From NCBI RefSeq assembly GCF_964194025.1, contig NC_134470.1, positions 11,780,001-11,844,000 of the forward strand: a stretch of 64,000 nt of DNA, in the 5' to 3' direction. Position 1 is the stretch's first letter. Every line of letters starts with the position of its first letter. Shown piece by piece: positions 1 through 12,300 of this stretch. The position numbers were made by a program, and so were the translations under genes. The stretch comes from Convolutriloba macropyga. Its lineage: Eukaryota. The notes under the pieces were generated by a model, which did no database searches, was not told the origin of the DNA, and worked only from the letters and a program-made list of their open reading frames with translations.

Positions 1-1599
1 GGAAATGTTTGCAGGGATTCTGAAAAATACTCAGAATGCAATTTTGCGTCTTGTCTTTGAGCAATGGCATGTCCAGCAGAAATTTTTGGAGTTGGTTTCA
101 CATTTGGAAACGTGTTCTTTGTGCTATAAGGGAACAAGACGAGGATGCAACGTAAATAGACTCAGATTGATAGAAGGTTGGACATAATTTTTTTGGAAAA
201 TGAGACAGAGAAAATGCTATGAAAACCTGCTTATTTATAATTTAAAATAGTTAGAATAGTTTTATCATTTATCTGCTTATTGAATTCTGTTATATTTTCA
301 TTATTTAAGAAAAGTCTTAGGTGGCTCCTAATTTGCTCCTAATTCAAAAAGCGCTATATTTGGAAAGCGCTACATCAGAATTAATTGACCTTGATTACAT
401 AATTCAGCCTCATTTATGGGAGAGGGGCTATTTGTGCATTTAATCATCAATTGAACATGTAAGTGTATTCCACGCAAGATTGTTTTGAATAAGTAGCTTT
501 AGAATTAGATGGAACATTAAAATTAAAGCAATAAACCGCTGTAAAAGCGACTGTGGAAAAAACTGACGGACTAGTGTAAGTGGAGTTCAAGTTTCCGTAA
601 GTGATTTCCACAGGCTTAAGAAGGTAGAATTTGAACTAAATTAAGGAGTATGTATTAGGGGTATTAGGGTTATTAAGGAGTATGTAATGATGTGTGCGTG
701 TGGCTGTTTGTGTTTGTGTGTCTATTGTTATCCGCGTTTCATACCTTGTCTCTGTGTAGTGGGAGCAGACAAATTTTAGCCTTGACAGATGGCGGCAACC
801 ATTGCTTCATGTTTAGACTTGAGTTGCAATTTGAGTCCACAAATATCTGATCTCTACTGAAATTAGTCCACTGAAAGTTCTCGAGGAAACTTTTTGTCTG
901 CTTGTTGTAATTCTCGACAGATAATTGATGAAATGGACGCCTGAAAAAAAACAGTTTTTATTTTCCCTAGGTTCCAAACATTTTTGGATTTGAAGATGAA
1001 CTTGGTTGTGTCTTTCACAGTTGAACTTTCATAATGAAGCAGAAAAAATTTGAACCTTTTTTGCGTTGCGGCTATTTGATTGGTCCAAATTCATACATTA
1101 TGAACAGTGTCTAACCTATTCTTTTAATGATTTGTGCATTAGCATTTTTAACAGTCAGCCACCGTCTATGTATCTTTGGAGAATATATTCTTATACACTA
1201 TGGCCATTGTTTCATTGCAGGTCGGATGTTGATCTTAAAGATCTTGTAACATGGTGGAATCTTGAAAGATCTTGAAACACGAATGGTTATCTTGCAATGA
1301 GTTTCTCGCAGGTTAGTTTTGGTCGAGCTCGCCTGTCGTTTTTTCTTATTGGTACGTAATGTTTCACTTAGCAGAGAGATTTTCGGGGCTATTAGGAGAG
1401 ATTGGGGCAAATAGATGTATAAACTACAGAAATTATTCATTTAGCTAAGATTAAAATGTTACAGTTGGGTTAAAAAATGCTAGCATATTTTGAACAGATC
1501 TTCAATCTTTTTTCAAATTGCATCTGTTTTCTTGATTATAAATGCTTGCCAACAAGAATAAAAAGGTGACGAAAAAAATTTTCGTGTCACATGCTTAGC

Positions 1600-2420
1600 A
1601 TCCCGAGTGGGCTGCGGATGGTTATTCGGTAAGATCTTGTAAGATTCTGTCAGAATCTTACAAGAGGATGAAGCGTCTTACAAGAATTTTGACAGAATCT
1701 TACAAAACAAACAGTCTTTTTAAAAAATACTTATAAGATAAACATTCGTCGTTTATGATTCTGATAAGATTAGATGCATAGCAACCGTTCATCATTGAAC
1801 TGAATTAAACTGCGCAAAAAATGGAGGTGAGGCACATGACAAAAAAACACGTATTTTTTTCAACAGTAAAAAACTTGAAAGTAAAAAAAAAGGTTTTTTG
1901 AGTAATACATTAATACCGTTTTAATTGGAAAGTACAAATACGGGCTTTTTTCTGTTTCTCCAGATTGAATGCAATGAGAAACCTTGATTTACATTTATTT
2001 AATTTGTTATCCATGAAAGCAAAAAAATGTGAAAAAAGAAAAGATATAATGATTTAATTCGCCTTTTCATTTTTTGGCATTAAAACAAAAGTAAAAATAA
2101 TAAATTTTGTACTGATGCAGAAAAAATTGTAATCTTGAAACGCATTTTTCGATCAAATTAATGAACGAAAACATCAGTCAAAAATCCGCAAGCATTCGAA
2201 AACTTTCAATGCATTAATTGAAGAAAGTTACCTATAGTAGAACCAATGACAATGCAACTCAACCCGAACGAACTTGACAGAATTTTACAAAATAGCCATT
2301 CATCTTGTAAGACTTTAAAAGACAACCATCTTTCGTAAGAATTTTGTCATAACTTATAAGATAACCATCTTTTATAAGAATCTTGCAAGATATCACAAGG
2401 TATCCATTCTCTATCGTCCA
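1600..2420. repeat. Segment with clusters of short ~11-bp repeats (GAATCTTACAA / TTGTAAGATTC / GATAACCAT) at both ends; possible decayed non-autonomous DNA transposon
   Basis: Motif clusters at ~1625-1770 and ~2270-2405 in both orientations flank an AT-rich core. No convincing TIR or TSD was seen. Confidence 0.4.
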
Positions 2421-2540
2421 GTGATGCCACTATTTGACTTTTTTCGTTTTGAGCCCAACTGGTACTTTTTGGATGTTGAAACTGGCAAGACTTGCATGTT
2501 AAATGAGCAAAATTCTTGTACGACCAATGTTAATCTTGCA

Positions 2541-2728
2541 NNNNNNNNNNNNNNNNNNNNNNNNNNNNNNNNNNNNNNNNNNNNNNNNNNNNNNNNNNNN
2601 NNNNNNNNNNNNNNNNNNNNNNNNNNNNNNNNNNNNNNNNNNNNNNNNNNNNNNNNNNNNNNNNNNNNNNNNNNNNNNNNNNNNNNNNNNNNNNNNNNNN
2701 NNNNNNNNNNNNNNNNNNNNNNNNNNNN
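2541..2728. other. Assembly gap (188 N)
   Basis: Run of N. Confidence 1.
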
Positions 2729-3156
2729 ATTTGAATTTGATCTTTTTTTATCATTTTTTATTAATGATCAGATATTTTTGTGGAAAATCAAGCACAGATA
2801 TGTTTTTATTTCCTGACATTATTATTCAAGATTTAATTTACATTTTTTGATATAGAAATCATCTGTGCGTGGGATCTTATTGTTTGCTCATTTAAGTTTT
2901 ATCCTCTTTAAAGTGGAAGGGTTCGTTTTGTTTTTTGAGTAGTATCACTAGACGTTTTGTTTAACATGAGCCACGATAAACTTTTATGTAGATCCTTATT
3001 CTGTCAAATTCGGCAACATCTAAATTACCAATTGTACAGATCTTTGAATAATATCCTATCGCTTCGGCAGTGACGTCTTTTTGCCGACGGAATGAGAACT
3101 ATTTTAGCGCCTTTTTTCATATGAGCCAATGTGTTATGTAGGTCGCAGTCATTTTA

Positions 3157-5460
3157 TCAAGGAGCAAAAATATCCTCAAACATTTTTGATTGTATTTGTT
3201 CGATGCTTTTGGTTTTTAATTTGCATTCTTGAATAACGTAACAATTTGAAAAAGTTTTTTTATCAGTTAAAGATTGTATTAATTCGTCACCGGAGGATAA
3301 ATACTCTGGCTCCTTGAAGGTGAAAGATTTTGTATTATGTTTTGTTTCCAAATCCTTTTCCTGTTTATCCACGCTTGGTTGACCTACTTTAGTTTGTTCA
3401 TTTTCAGCTTTCAGTTTCAGCTTCCGCTTCAGCCTCCTGAGGATTTTCTATTAATTCTTTAAAATATTTTATGCATTCGTTTTTATATTTCTAGATATAA
3501 TTGTTCTTTTTGTACATAGTTTACTAGTGATATGTTGTCAAGGGTTTTAAAAAAAATGTTTTATCGTCAGGTATATGTTTTATAACACTTTTCTGTTTTG
3601 GTTTTTCTAATGTGCTAGTTTTGGAGTTATTTGTGGTTGGTGATAAGACGCTTGTAAAAGTACTCCATTAAAAGAATTTTATTGTTTGTTTGTTAGAAAA
3701 TTATTTTAATTTTTTGATTAAATTTATAACTCTTGATTTTCGGGGTGTGCTTTATTTTCAGCGATAATGGAAAAATATTCTTTGGTGGGTACAAATCAAA
3801 TAAAATCTTTAAGAAGTGATATAATAATAGGTCTGCTTTAATCATAGGATTTGTCCAGCTATCGTACACGAAGTTCATTGAGCGAAAAAAAATTTATCTC
3901 TGAGGTTTTCTGGTTGTTTTTATATAGAATGAGTAGTCTGGTTTTGAAATATTTTGTCTTTGAATGTAAACTAATGGTTTTTTGTTAATAGACTTTATTA
4001 TTATTGTGTGATTTGAAGTTGCATCCAAAAATTTTGCATCTGTGGTTTATATTATTTCCACCACCCTTGGGAAGTTTGTATTTAGTTCTAACCTGGTGGT
4101 TTTGTAAGTTGCCAATCTCTTGTTTGCCAAATTTTTCAATGGGCCCAACGCTTTCGAGAAAATGGTTATCAATTATGAATAAAAATTGAAATGTTTCCGT
4201 TTGAGTGTTGAAATACCCTGCTGTTTTTCCAATACCAAATAATAGCTGAAGTTGTCAACCTGCAGTGAGCGATAAGATGACACCGAAGACTTTTGTTGAT
4301 TTTGTCATTCCAAAAGGGAAAACCCTGTTCTGAGTTTTACTAGATTTGCTTTCATTTTCAGTAGCTCCCACTATTTTAGAAGGCTGGTCAATGATTATCT
4401 GAGTTTCTATGGAATTCAATTGGCAGGTAAAAAAGGAAAAACTTTCTGGTAACTGTAAGGTCTGGTTTTTCATTTAAGGCAACAGACCAAGGCAGATAGA
4501 GAAGAGAATGAGGCAATGGCATTCCAGTCAGAACCAGTGGATGGGCAAACGCTCTCACTGACAGTGAGGGTTTTATTTAAGTGTATACTTTTTTGCGATT
4601 AGTAGGTTTTTCTCCGCCTGATATTTTTCCGCCTGGTTTTTCTCCGGCTAATATTTGTAGCCTTATCGATAGTAATTCAATGTTGAGTCCAAATTGCTAT
4701 ACGGCAAAATTGAATTTTGCGAAATCCATCACATTGAACAAACTTTTTCAGATCATTGGAAAGATTCGCTTACGAGCTAAACAATTAGTTTCTCAATGAC
4801 CCACGACATTGTTTTTCACAACAGCCTCTCAAAGAGTGATAGATAAATTGTAAGTGTAATATATTGTAGTTTTTAGCCTTCGATCAATATTTGTCATCTT
4901 TTGTTCTTTCTCATGACAGGAATTTGGTGACGATCAACTTTTTCAGGGTTATTGGGCCATCAGAATTTCTAATTGAGCTGGAAATGAGCAAAGAAGCCCT
5001 GTCCTTTAATATTTGGGAGATTTTGTTGCTAGAAGAAGGCATGACTTTCTGGAAGACTTTCTGGGTCACTTTCAATTCTACTAAGTTTTCAGCAACTATT
5101 GATTATTACGTCGCGTGGTTGTTCATGTCACGTAAACAAAATAAGAACATCTCGCGTTTTCCTGGTCAATACATCGTAACGCACCCTTTGAAAACATTTT
5201 TTTGGTAACCTCCGCCTAATTGTTCCTTCTTTTTCTCTGTAGTTAAATCTTCATTGACTTCGCAAAAACTTTTTGCTGTCTCTTTCCATTGTGGTTTCAC
5301 CCTTGTGTAATGTTCTCTTGTGCTCTGATCAACCAATAGCTCGTTTTGTTTGTTCCTGATGGTAATTAAATTGAGTCCGCATCCTAGAGTGCGGAAAGTC
5401 TTTACCCACTTTTTGTTTATGAAGATTAAAAACTACGATAAACACCAAGTATTGTTTTGT
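3157..5460 (-). pseudogene. Decayed coding region(s) of unknown origin
   Basis: Minus-strand frames stay nearly open with scattered stops. 5460-4860 gives ~200 codons (…WVKTFRTLGCGLNLITIRN…EQLGGGYQKNVFKG…). ORF 4473-4255 continues past a TGA in frame to ~3985 (…ILSLTAG*QLQLLFGIGKTAGYFNTQ…). ORF 3372-3157 is also present. No recognisable domain. Confidence 0.3.
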
Positions 5461-7049
5461 TCTGTTGAGGTAAACATTTTAACAACGTAATTTGTTCTCG
5501 GTGAAGAGCCCAATAAAACATGTAAAGAAACTAATTGTGGGTTTTTCTGCAAACATTACAGTACACCAATTACCACTGCTATTTCAATGGTAGCAACGAC
5601 AGTTGCACCTCCCTTCCCCCTCCCCACGTGACGATCCCACTCCGCAAGCCAAGTGCGTCCGATAATTATACAAGAACCAAGTAGGTCTGCTGCGACGAAG
5701 CGGGTATGATCAGAGACATTGTTAGCCTAGTTTTTCTTACACCCCCAGGTCACAATTCAAGTGGGTCTGATCAGAGCTGGCTTGGGTCTAGCACTTCATT
5801 TTGTAATAATTTTGAGAATTCATCCCTCAACATATTCCCGGGTTGTGTATGTGTGTAAATGTGTATGGTCTTGGATATGGTTCCCAAGACACCATGAACA
5901 CCATTTTTTCAAGTGTCTTTATGAGTTTTTCTGCACTCGGAGTGCAATGCATGGTTATTTTCATATCTTTTTTGATCAAATTTGATTTTTTTCCTTGTTA
6001 AGAAATATGGTTGCCAAGTTACCATAAACTCCATATATGGCTTGGATATGGTTGCCAAGAAAGGTTTAAGGTGGGTAACCCGGGTTCTATATAACACAGT
6101 ATTGTTGCTTTGAAATTGCATAGTTTGGAACGCAAAATTTTTAAATCTCGAACGTATGAATGGTTGAAATTTGCGCTTTGAGAACAAACATATTTAAAAA
6201 AACATTAAATTAACATCTCAATCGTAATAATATCTATGCAATATTGTTAGTTAATAACAATTTGCTTGAAATAGTCAGTTTTAATCTCAAAGAAAGTAAT
6301 GCCTGATTTTTCCGACTTTAAACCCGTTGCTGATAGATATCGACAAATTGAATTTATACAATGTGAATTCCTGTTGCCATCAATTTTGCGGGATTTTCAA
6401 ATTTTATTGGCTGTAAAATGAGCAGCCCCGGAAATAATGGTTAAGATATCATAATGGGGGGGGGGTTTCGTGGGGGCTATAATGGTAAAGATCAGGTTTT
6501 CTCAGCTTAAACACAAGCAGTTCTTATGCTATGCTTTCTGATATGCAATGATGGATCTTTTTCGATGTTTCGCTCAGTACGTCTCAGTACGTTAAGCGCC
6601 CTCAGTTATAATTAATGTTCTGCCCAGGCTGACCACCCAGAGTGTTTCAGTACTGAACCTGCGTATTTCCTGCGTATCAACTTGTAAAATCAGTACTGAA
6701 ACAGCTTATTTACATCAAAAAATTATGTCATTATGTCCAGAAAAAAAAAACAAACAACCATTCAGACTGTTCAGAGTTTCATGTAAATGTAGATGTGACA
6801 TGTTACATGGTAATTCATCCTGCTTATTAAAACAGGTGAGTCGGGGGGGGGGGTGGTTCAAATAACATGCACCCTTTTAGCTGGTGGGGCACAAACGGAA
6901 GTAATGACCTTGATATAAGAAATGAAGCTCTTTTTTTACGCGGAGTATAATTTATAATGAGAAAAAGGAAATCCGTTGGGTTCAATTATGAACATATGTC
7001 CCTCAGACACATACACAAAAACAGTGTTATCAAAGCTGTAACAAAAAGA

Positions 7050-7375
7050 GGATCTATTCTGTTCCCCTCGCCCCCGCTTAGTGGGAATATATGTTTTATG
7101 ACCCCCCAGGTGCACGTGCATTATTTTTACGGATCTTTCTTTTCCGTTTGTGCCCCCCCAGTGCGCTATGCTCCCCCAAGTTACAGAGCACGTGTCATTT
7201 TATGGTAAATCATTATGTAAAAATAAAACACGTGCTTCTGGGGGTGCAAATAAAATGCACCCACTAAAATGAGGGGGGGGGGGGCACAAACGAAAAAAAT
7301 TCATTTTTACATAGTAACGTGCTATATAACAACACTGGTGCTCATAAAAACCACTGGGGGGGACAGAATAGATCC
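7050..7375. mobile_element. MITE family A (TIR GGATCTATTCTGT…ACAGAATAGATCC), interrupted by a family B MITE
   Basis: Terminal inverted repeats at 7050 and 7375. With the insert removed, the remainder aligns by eye to the reverse complement of the 57770-57937 copy. Confidence 0.75.
7131..7302 (+). mobile_element. MITE family B (172 bp, TIR GGATCTTT…CCGTTTGTGCCCCC), 8-bp TSD, Merlin-like
   Basis: Inverted ends; ATTTTTAC is duplicated at 7123-7130 and 7303-7310. GG termini with an 8-bp TSD fit the Merlin/IS1016 superfamily; hAT and P elements also make 8-bp TSDs. Confidence 0.8.
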
Positions 7376-7382
7376 AAGATTT

Positions 7383-7585
7383 GGGTCTATTCTGCAGTTC
7401 ACTTTAGTGAGCGTATAACTTTCACGCCCCCTCTATCCGCGCACTTGGGGTTTTCTTATTTGGTAACGTTAAAATTTTACAAATAACAACGTTACAACGT
7501 AACAACAACACATAATTTTGTGGGGGCATAATAATTAATAGTGGGGGCATAAAAACACTGGGGGAGGTGGCGGGCAAAATAGATC
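7383..7585. mobile_element. Further degenerate family A-like MITE
   Basis: Starts GGGTCTATTCTG and ends GGGCAAAATAGATC, with internal GGGGGCATAAAA motifs as in family A. Confidence 0.5.
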
Positions 7586-9192
7586 AAAAAACGCTGTTTG
7601 TTGAACCGTTGTATATTTACCACATTATACTCCTTTCTGTGGACGAGGAATAACTGGAGCATATGTAATAAACTGTAATTGAAGTCACGATGGCGAAAAA
7701 AAATCTGTGCAGCTTTATCTTAACGAAAGAACTCATTTAAACAAGAAAATGTATTGATCTGATTTCAAAAGTACAAAAATAAAATTGATCAAAACGGGAG
7801 TTGACAAATTGGAGTTCTTTTGGAAAATAGTGGGCACAATTTTGAAACCTAAAAACCCGGAAAAAATGAACTGCTACCATGTGATGTTTAGAGCACTCTA
7901 GTTTTTAAAGCTTTGAAAAAAGTTGATCTATTTATCAACTCTTGTATCGAAATTAAATTTTTGCATGTCACCAATGCAAAATGTTGTCAATGAAAGTTTA
8001 GGAAATTCTCAAACAGCTTTATCGAGATGCCTTTTATTAGAGTATAATTTTGTCCCGTTGCAATCACATTTCCTGAAGAAAGTAAAATGTATAGACGCTT
8101 TGGAATACCGGGAAAATCCTGAAAATGTGCCAACAATACGAGGAATTTATACTCTAATAGGGGGAATTTTGATAATGCTGTTTGAGGTTTTCTTATTTTT
8201 TAATGAAGCATTTTGTATTCGTAACGTGTACCCCCAAGCCCAGGTGCTATACTACTAATAAAAATTAAACAGTGTATCAACACCTGTGCTTTTGGGTGCA
8301 AACGTTATGCTCCTTGCTCCTTCAAAGTTGAAAGGGGAGACAAACAACAAACCAAATTGCGTACATTTTGTATATTAACATGTAAAACGAAAGTACCATA
8401 GTTGCCGGAGATGTACCAGGTTTTGTTGGTTAGGAATAAAAAATTCAAAAAGTATGAAAAAAAACTTGTCTTTTCGGTTTTGGTCTTCCTGTGTTTTTTC
8501 AGACCCCCTTACTAACTATTTGTTGTTATTTTGCAGGTTACTACGTAAAAATACAACATGCGGAACATACGGCTTAAACATTATATACACGAGCCGGATT
8601 CAGATTTTGTTCCATCGTATTTCGAGAACCAAGGGGTTGAATTTCATTTGAAATAAAATTAAGAGTACCCTTTTGCAGATTAGCGAAAAAAATTTTCCTT
8701 ATAAGATTAAACAGGAGTTGAATTATACCAAACAAATCCTTCGTCGATAGCGAGGCAGTCGATTACTTAAACAGCTTTGATTCAAGTGTCAAGTTAGATT
8801 TTATACTACGTCTAATTTTTCGCCCTAAATTTGGCGTCCTAAATTAAGACACTAAGTTAAAGTCAAAAAAATGGACCTTCATTTTCTGACTAGGAATTCA
8901 ATATTTCAAACTGAGCTCAATGCTTCAAAGTTTTAGTGAATGATGGAATTGCACAATGAGTACCTTAACTGGAGGGAAGGGACATAGTGGAGTTCACAGA
9001 AAATGTACTTTGTTTCAACTGGACAACAAAATCATTTACTGTAGTCGAGAAATTGTCTTAAACCTTGCTACTAATCTCATAATCAATTTTACAGGCATTC
9101 ACATTGAGTTAAACTAACCAAAAAACCAAAACAACTTTATGCAACAATCCTTGATTTCTTTTTATGCCCAAGCTCTTCAATTGTGATATGCA

Positions 9193-9620
9193 TTTTTAAT
9201 CAACACCTGTTGCGATAATAGCAGTTAAAAAAAAACTGCCAGTGTAATAAATTTTAATGCCCGATCGACACTGGAAAAACATTTCAGCATTAGACTACGA
9301 GTTTATCACACTCTTTTTTTGCCCTTGTTACTGAAGAAACAGTGGCGATAAAAGAGTGGTGATAAACTTGCAGTCTAATGATGGAAACAGTTTGATAAAA
9401 AAGTCTAAAAAAAACAAACATGATCGCAACAGGTGTTAATTAAAAAAATTACCACAGGGTTGTCATCGCCCTCGAAGTTATCATAACAACTCGGCTTCGC
9501 CTGGGAGTTTGATAACTTCTCGGTGGCGAAAACAACCGTGTGGTAATATTCATTGATTAACGGGCTGGCTATCGAGGTATAGCTAGTCCGTTAATCAATC
9601 TTTATAGCCAGTCCGTTAGC
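9193..9620. repeat. Cluster of three consecutive inverted-repeat (hairpin) units
   Basis: Arms 9193-9216/9423-9446 (23/24 match) enclose arms 9288-9317/9350-9380. Further arm pairs are 9449-9483/9510-9546 and 9552-9572/9579-9599. Confidence 0.85.
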
Positions 9621-11088
9621 TGTCAACTAGGACCAATTTTCTAACGGATATTGAGTGCATGGATTAATTTCCTTTTGTCGTCCATTTGCTCTAAAGGTCT
9701 GATATCGTCCATTTAAGAGGTCGTATGTTGAACTTTTGGAAGCACCCAGTTTGTGCCACCAAAAGCAGTGAAGTCATATTGTTTACAGCCAATCGCACGT
9801 GCCATAATTTTACATAAAGATTTGTTATGTAAATACATGCTCTCTGTAAATGACGGTGCTTAACGTACAAGGGGCACAACCAAAAAAAGTTCCTGAATGT
9901 CGTATGAAAATTTGTTTGAGAAAAGTCTGATGCATCAAACAGTTTCAAATTTAAATTATAATGGGTCGCATTTATTTTTTACATTTTGGAAAAAGCCGTT
10001 ATTTTTCTGATAGTTTAATGAAAATTGATGCAGAACATCACATTTTGGACTGCTGATAGAAGTTAAAATTCACTTAAACTTGGTGATCATGAATAAATGT
10101 TTTTTTTTCAGTCACGGTACATCACTAGATGGGAACGGATGCTAAAATTGTAAAAACTCGATGTCTCCATAGTTTCATGTTGTGCAAATAATCAAAGGAG
10201 AGTTGTGTAAAGGAAATTCACTACGTTTTATGGTTAGTCATTTAGTAAAAACTTGCTACGTGTTATGGTAGGTCAACATTAATCTGCACCCACTGAGCTG
10301 GTGTAGGCAAAAACAAAAAAAACATCCAATTTTTCTGACAAGTTAGCCCATCAGCTTAAAATTTTGGCAAGTTAACCAACCGGTTTCCAAGAGATCTAAG
10401 AAAACAAGTATTTTTATTGCATGCTCTTCTATTTAGAAAATTAGAAAAATCTCACTCTGAATGAATATTTTATCTTGGAAATATAATTTTGCACTTATTG
10501 TTCGGAAAGAGTCGGTGATTTCCGAACATCTTCAATATTTATGAGATATTTCAGACATCAAAAACATTGATATGCCGTCTGAATCTTATGCCTACTTCCA
10601 GTCACATAAATAAAAACGAGCTCCGGATCTAAAGTTAGCTCAGTAATACCCAGGTCGATTTCCTCGCTCAAAATCACTTATGATCAGACCAACAAAAAGA
10701 CACCGAAGGGGCGAGGTGGGGGAGATGCGGTGCGGTGCGCTGAAAAACACACGAGATCCAGTTCCAAGTCTGCGTAAAGTCTGATCATGGCGAACTCTGG
10801 ACGAGTCAAAGTCTGATCATGAAACGTGCCAAGGTCTGATCACAGCCCTTTAATGTCGAGCATGGTCGTTTCTTGCGTCGAGTTAAACTTTTTTCATATC
10901 CTAAAAATTCAAGCACGGTTTTTTGTGGGTCGAGCAAAAGAACTGATTAACTGCCTAATGTAGTGTCGGAAACTTTTCTTAACTCAAGTAGAAAAGTCCG
11001 ACTTTAAGACTTCTCCAGTATGGTCTGTTTATTCTCGTCTCTTCCTGTTTTCAACCAGTTTGGGGAATGGCTGCCGTGGAGTTACAAA

Positions 11089-11395
11089 CGAACAAACAAC
11101 TATAGAAAAACTGAACCGAGAAATAGCAAAAAATTGTGCTTTAACTCTATCTTCGAATAAAACCAGTACAAATTCGTGCAAACAAACAACTATCGGAGAA
11201 ATGGACAGCGCACTGGCAAAAAAACTAGGCCCAAACTCTATCTCCAAATGTAAATAAACAACAAAACAGCGGAGTTTGTAATAACAGCTACAGGAGAAAT
11301 GAGCAGAGCACTAGCAAATAATCAGGTCAAAATCTCTCTCCAAATAAAAATGAACATCAAAACAGCTAAATTTTTTCAAACAAACAACCACAGAG
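11089..11395. repeat. Diverged tandem repeat, ~90-100-bp unit, ~3 copies
   Basis: AACAACTAT…GAGAAAT…GCACT(G/A)GCAAA…CTCTATCTCCAAAT recurs at ~11090, ~11181 and ~11282. Confidence 0.6.
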
Positions 11396-12182
11396 TTGAG
11401 TTTTTATAAAAAAGCATTCATTTTAGCGATGATCTTACAGTGTATAGCGTTGGTTTTAGCAACTACATCACGTCAACGTTTTTTAGCATTGACATATTTT
11501 AGCGTTACATAAATTCTCTGTTTAATTTACGTTTCGTATATATGATTCGTAGACTTTAAGAGTCATTTCTATGACAACGTTGCCCTTAAAAGTTGTGGGT
11601 TGGGGCTGGGGAGTGATGGATATGGAGATGGAGAGCATTGGATAATTTTGGTGTATTTTGTATTTTTGTTTTAATATGGTATTCAACGAAATCAACTTCA
11701 TGCTATAATGTTTTTTACGTCATTTTAATCTTATTTTTAAGGAATAAGTGAAGAACTTTGCAAAATGCTAAGAATAGTTGGCACGATTGTAGCAGAGGCG
11801 ACTAGGAAGTAACGGATCAGTAGTTAAAGTCCCCTACAAAGAGGTCAAAAAGTTTTATTGCTGTGATTATCCTCAATTATCATCAGAAGGAGTTAATCAA
11901 GAACTACAAATCGGGAACTCGATGCTCCAATTTTTGTCAACTGGTGGAATTCTCCATAAAGACAACAAAAACTTCGGGACTTTTCCGTGAAACTCGGAAA
12001 CTCTAATTAGGTTTTTAAGACGGGGTAAGACGGAAGGTCCATGCTTACAAATATTGTTTTAAGAAATTTTAATTCGCCTCATTGATTTTTGTAAAAGACA
12101 CATTGTGGCTGATATATCTCTCCCACCAAACCCAAATGGGGGAGGAGGTGGTGTTAGGTATTTGAAAGTGATAATTCAGTCT

Positions 12183-12300
12183 GTTCGGTCCGGCCAATTC
12201 CCATATTTTGGTTTGTTCGGTCTGGCCAAAACACATATTTCGGTCTTTTCAATCTGGCCAAAACCCACATTTTGGGTCTGGCCAGACCGAAATGTGGGTA
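12183..12300. repeat. Short tandem repeat (TTCGGTCTGGCCAAAACCCACAT-like, ~4 copies) ending in an inverted copy
   Basis: Motif is repeated directly, then forms a palindrome GGTCTGGCCAGACC near 12274-12287. Confidence 0.65.

Noticed and set aside
640-690. Two TTAGGG hexamers between short direct repeats
   Set aside because: Too few and not tandem; not a telomeric array.
2421-2850. ORFs of 131, 115 and 74 aa
   Set aside because: Artefacts of reading through the N gap.
4605-4655. 15-bp repeat x3 (TTTTCTCCGCCTG)
   Set aside because: Tiny minisatellite with no further structure.
11800-11990. Short open frame VVKVPYKEVKKFYCCDYPQL…
   Set aside because: About 55 codons with no recognisable domain or supported splice structure.
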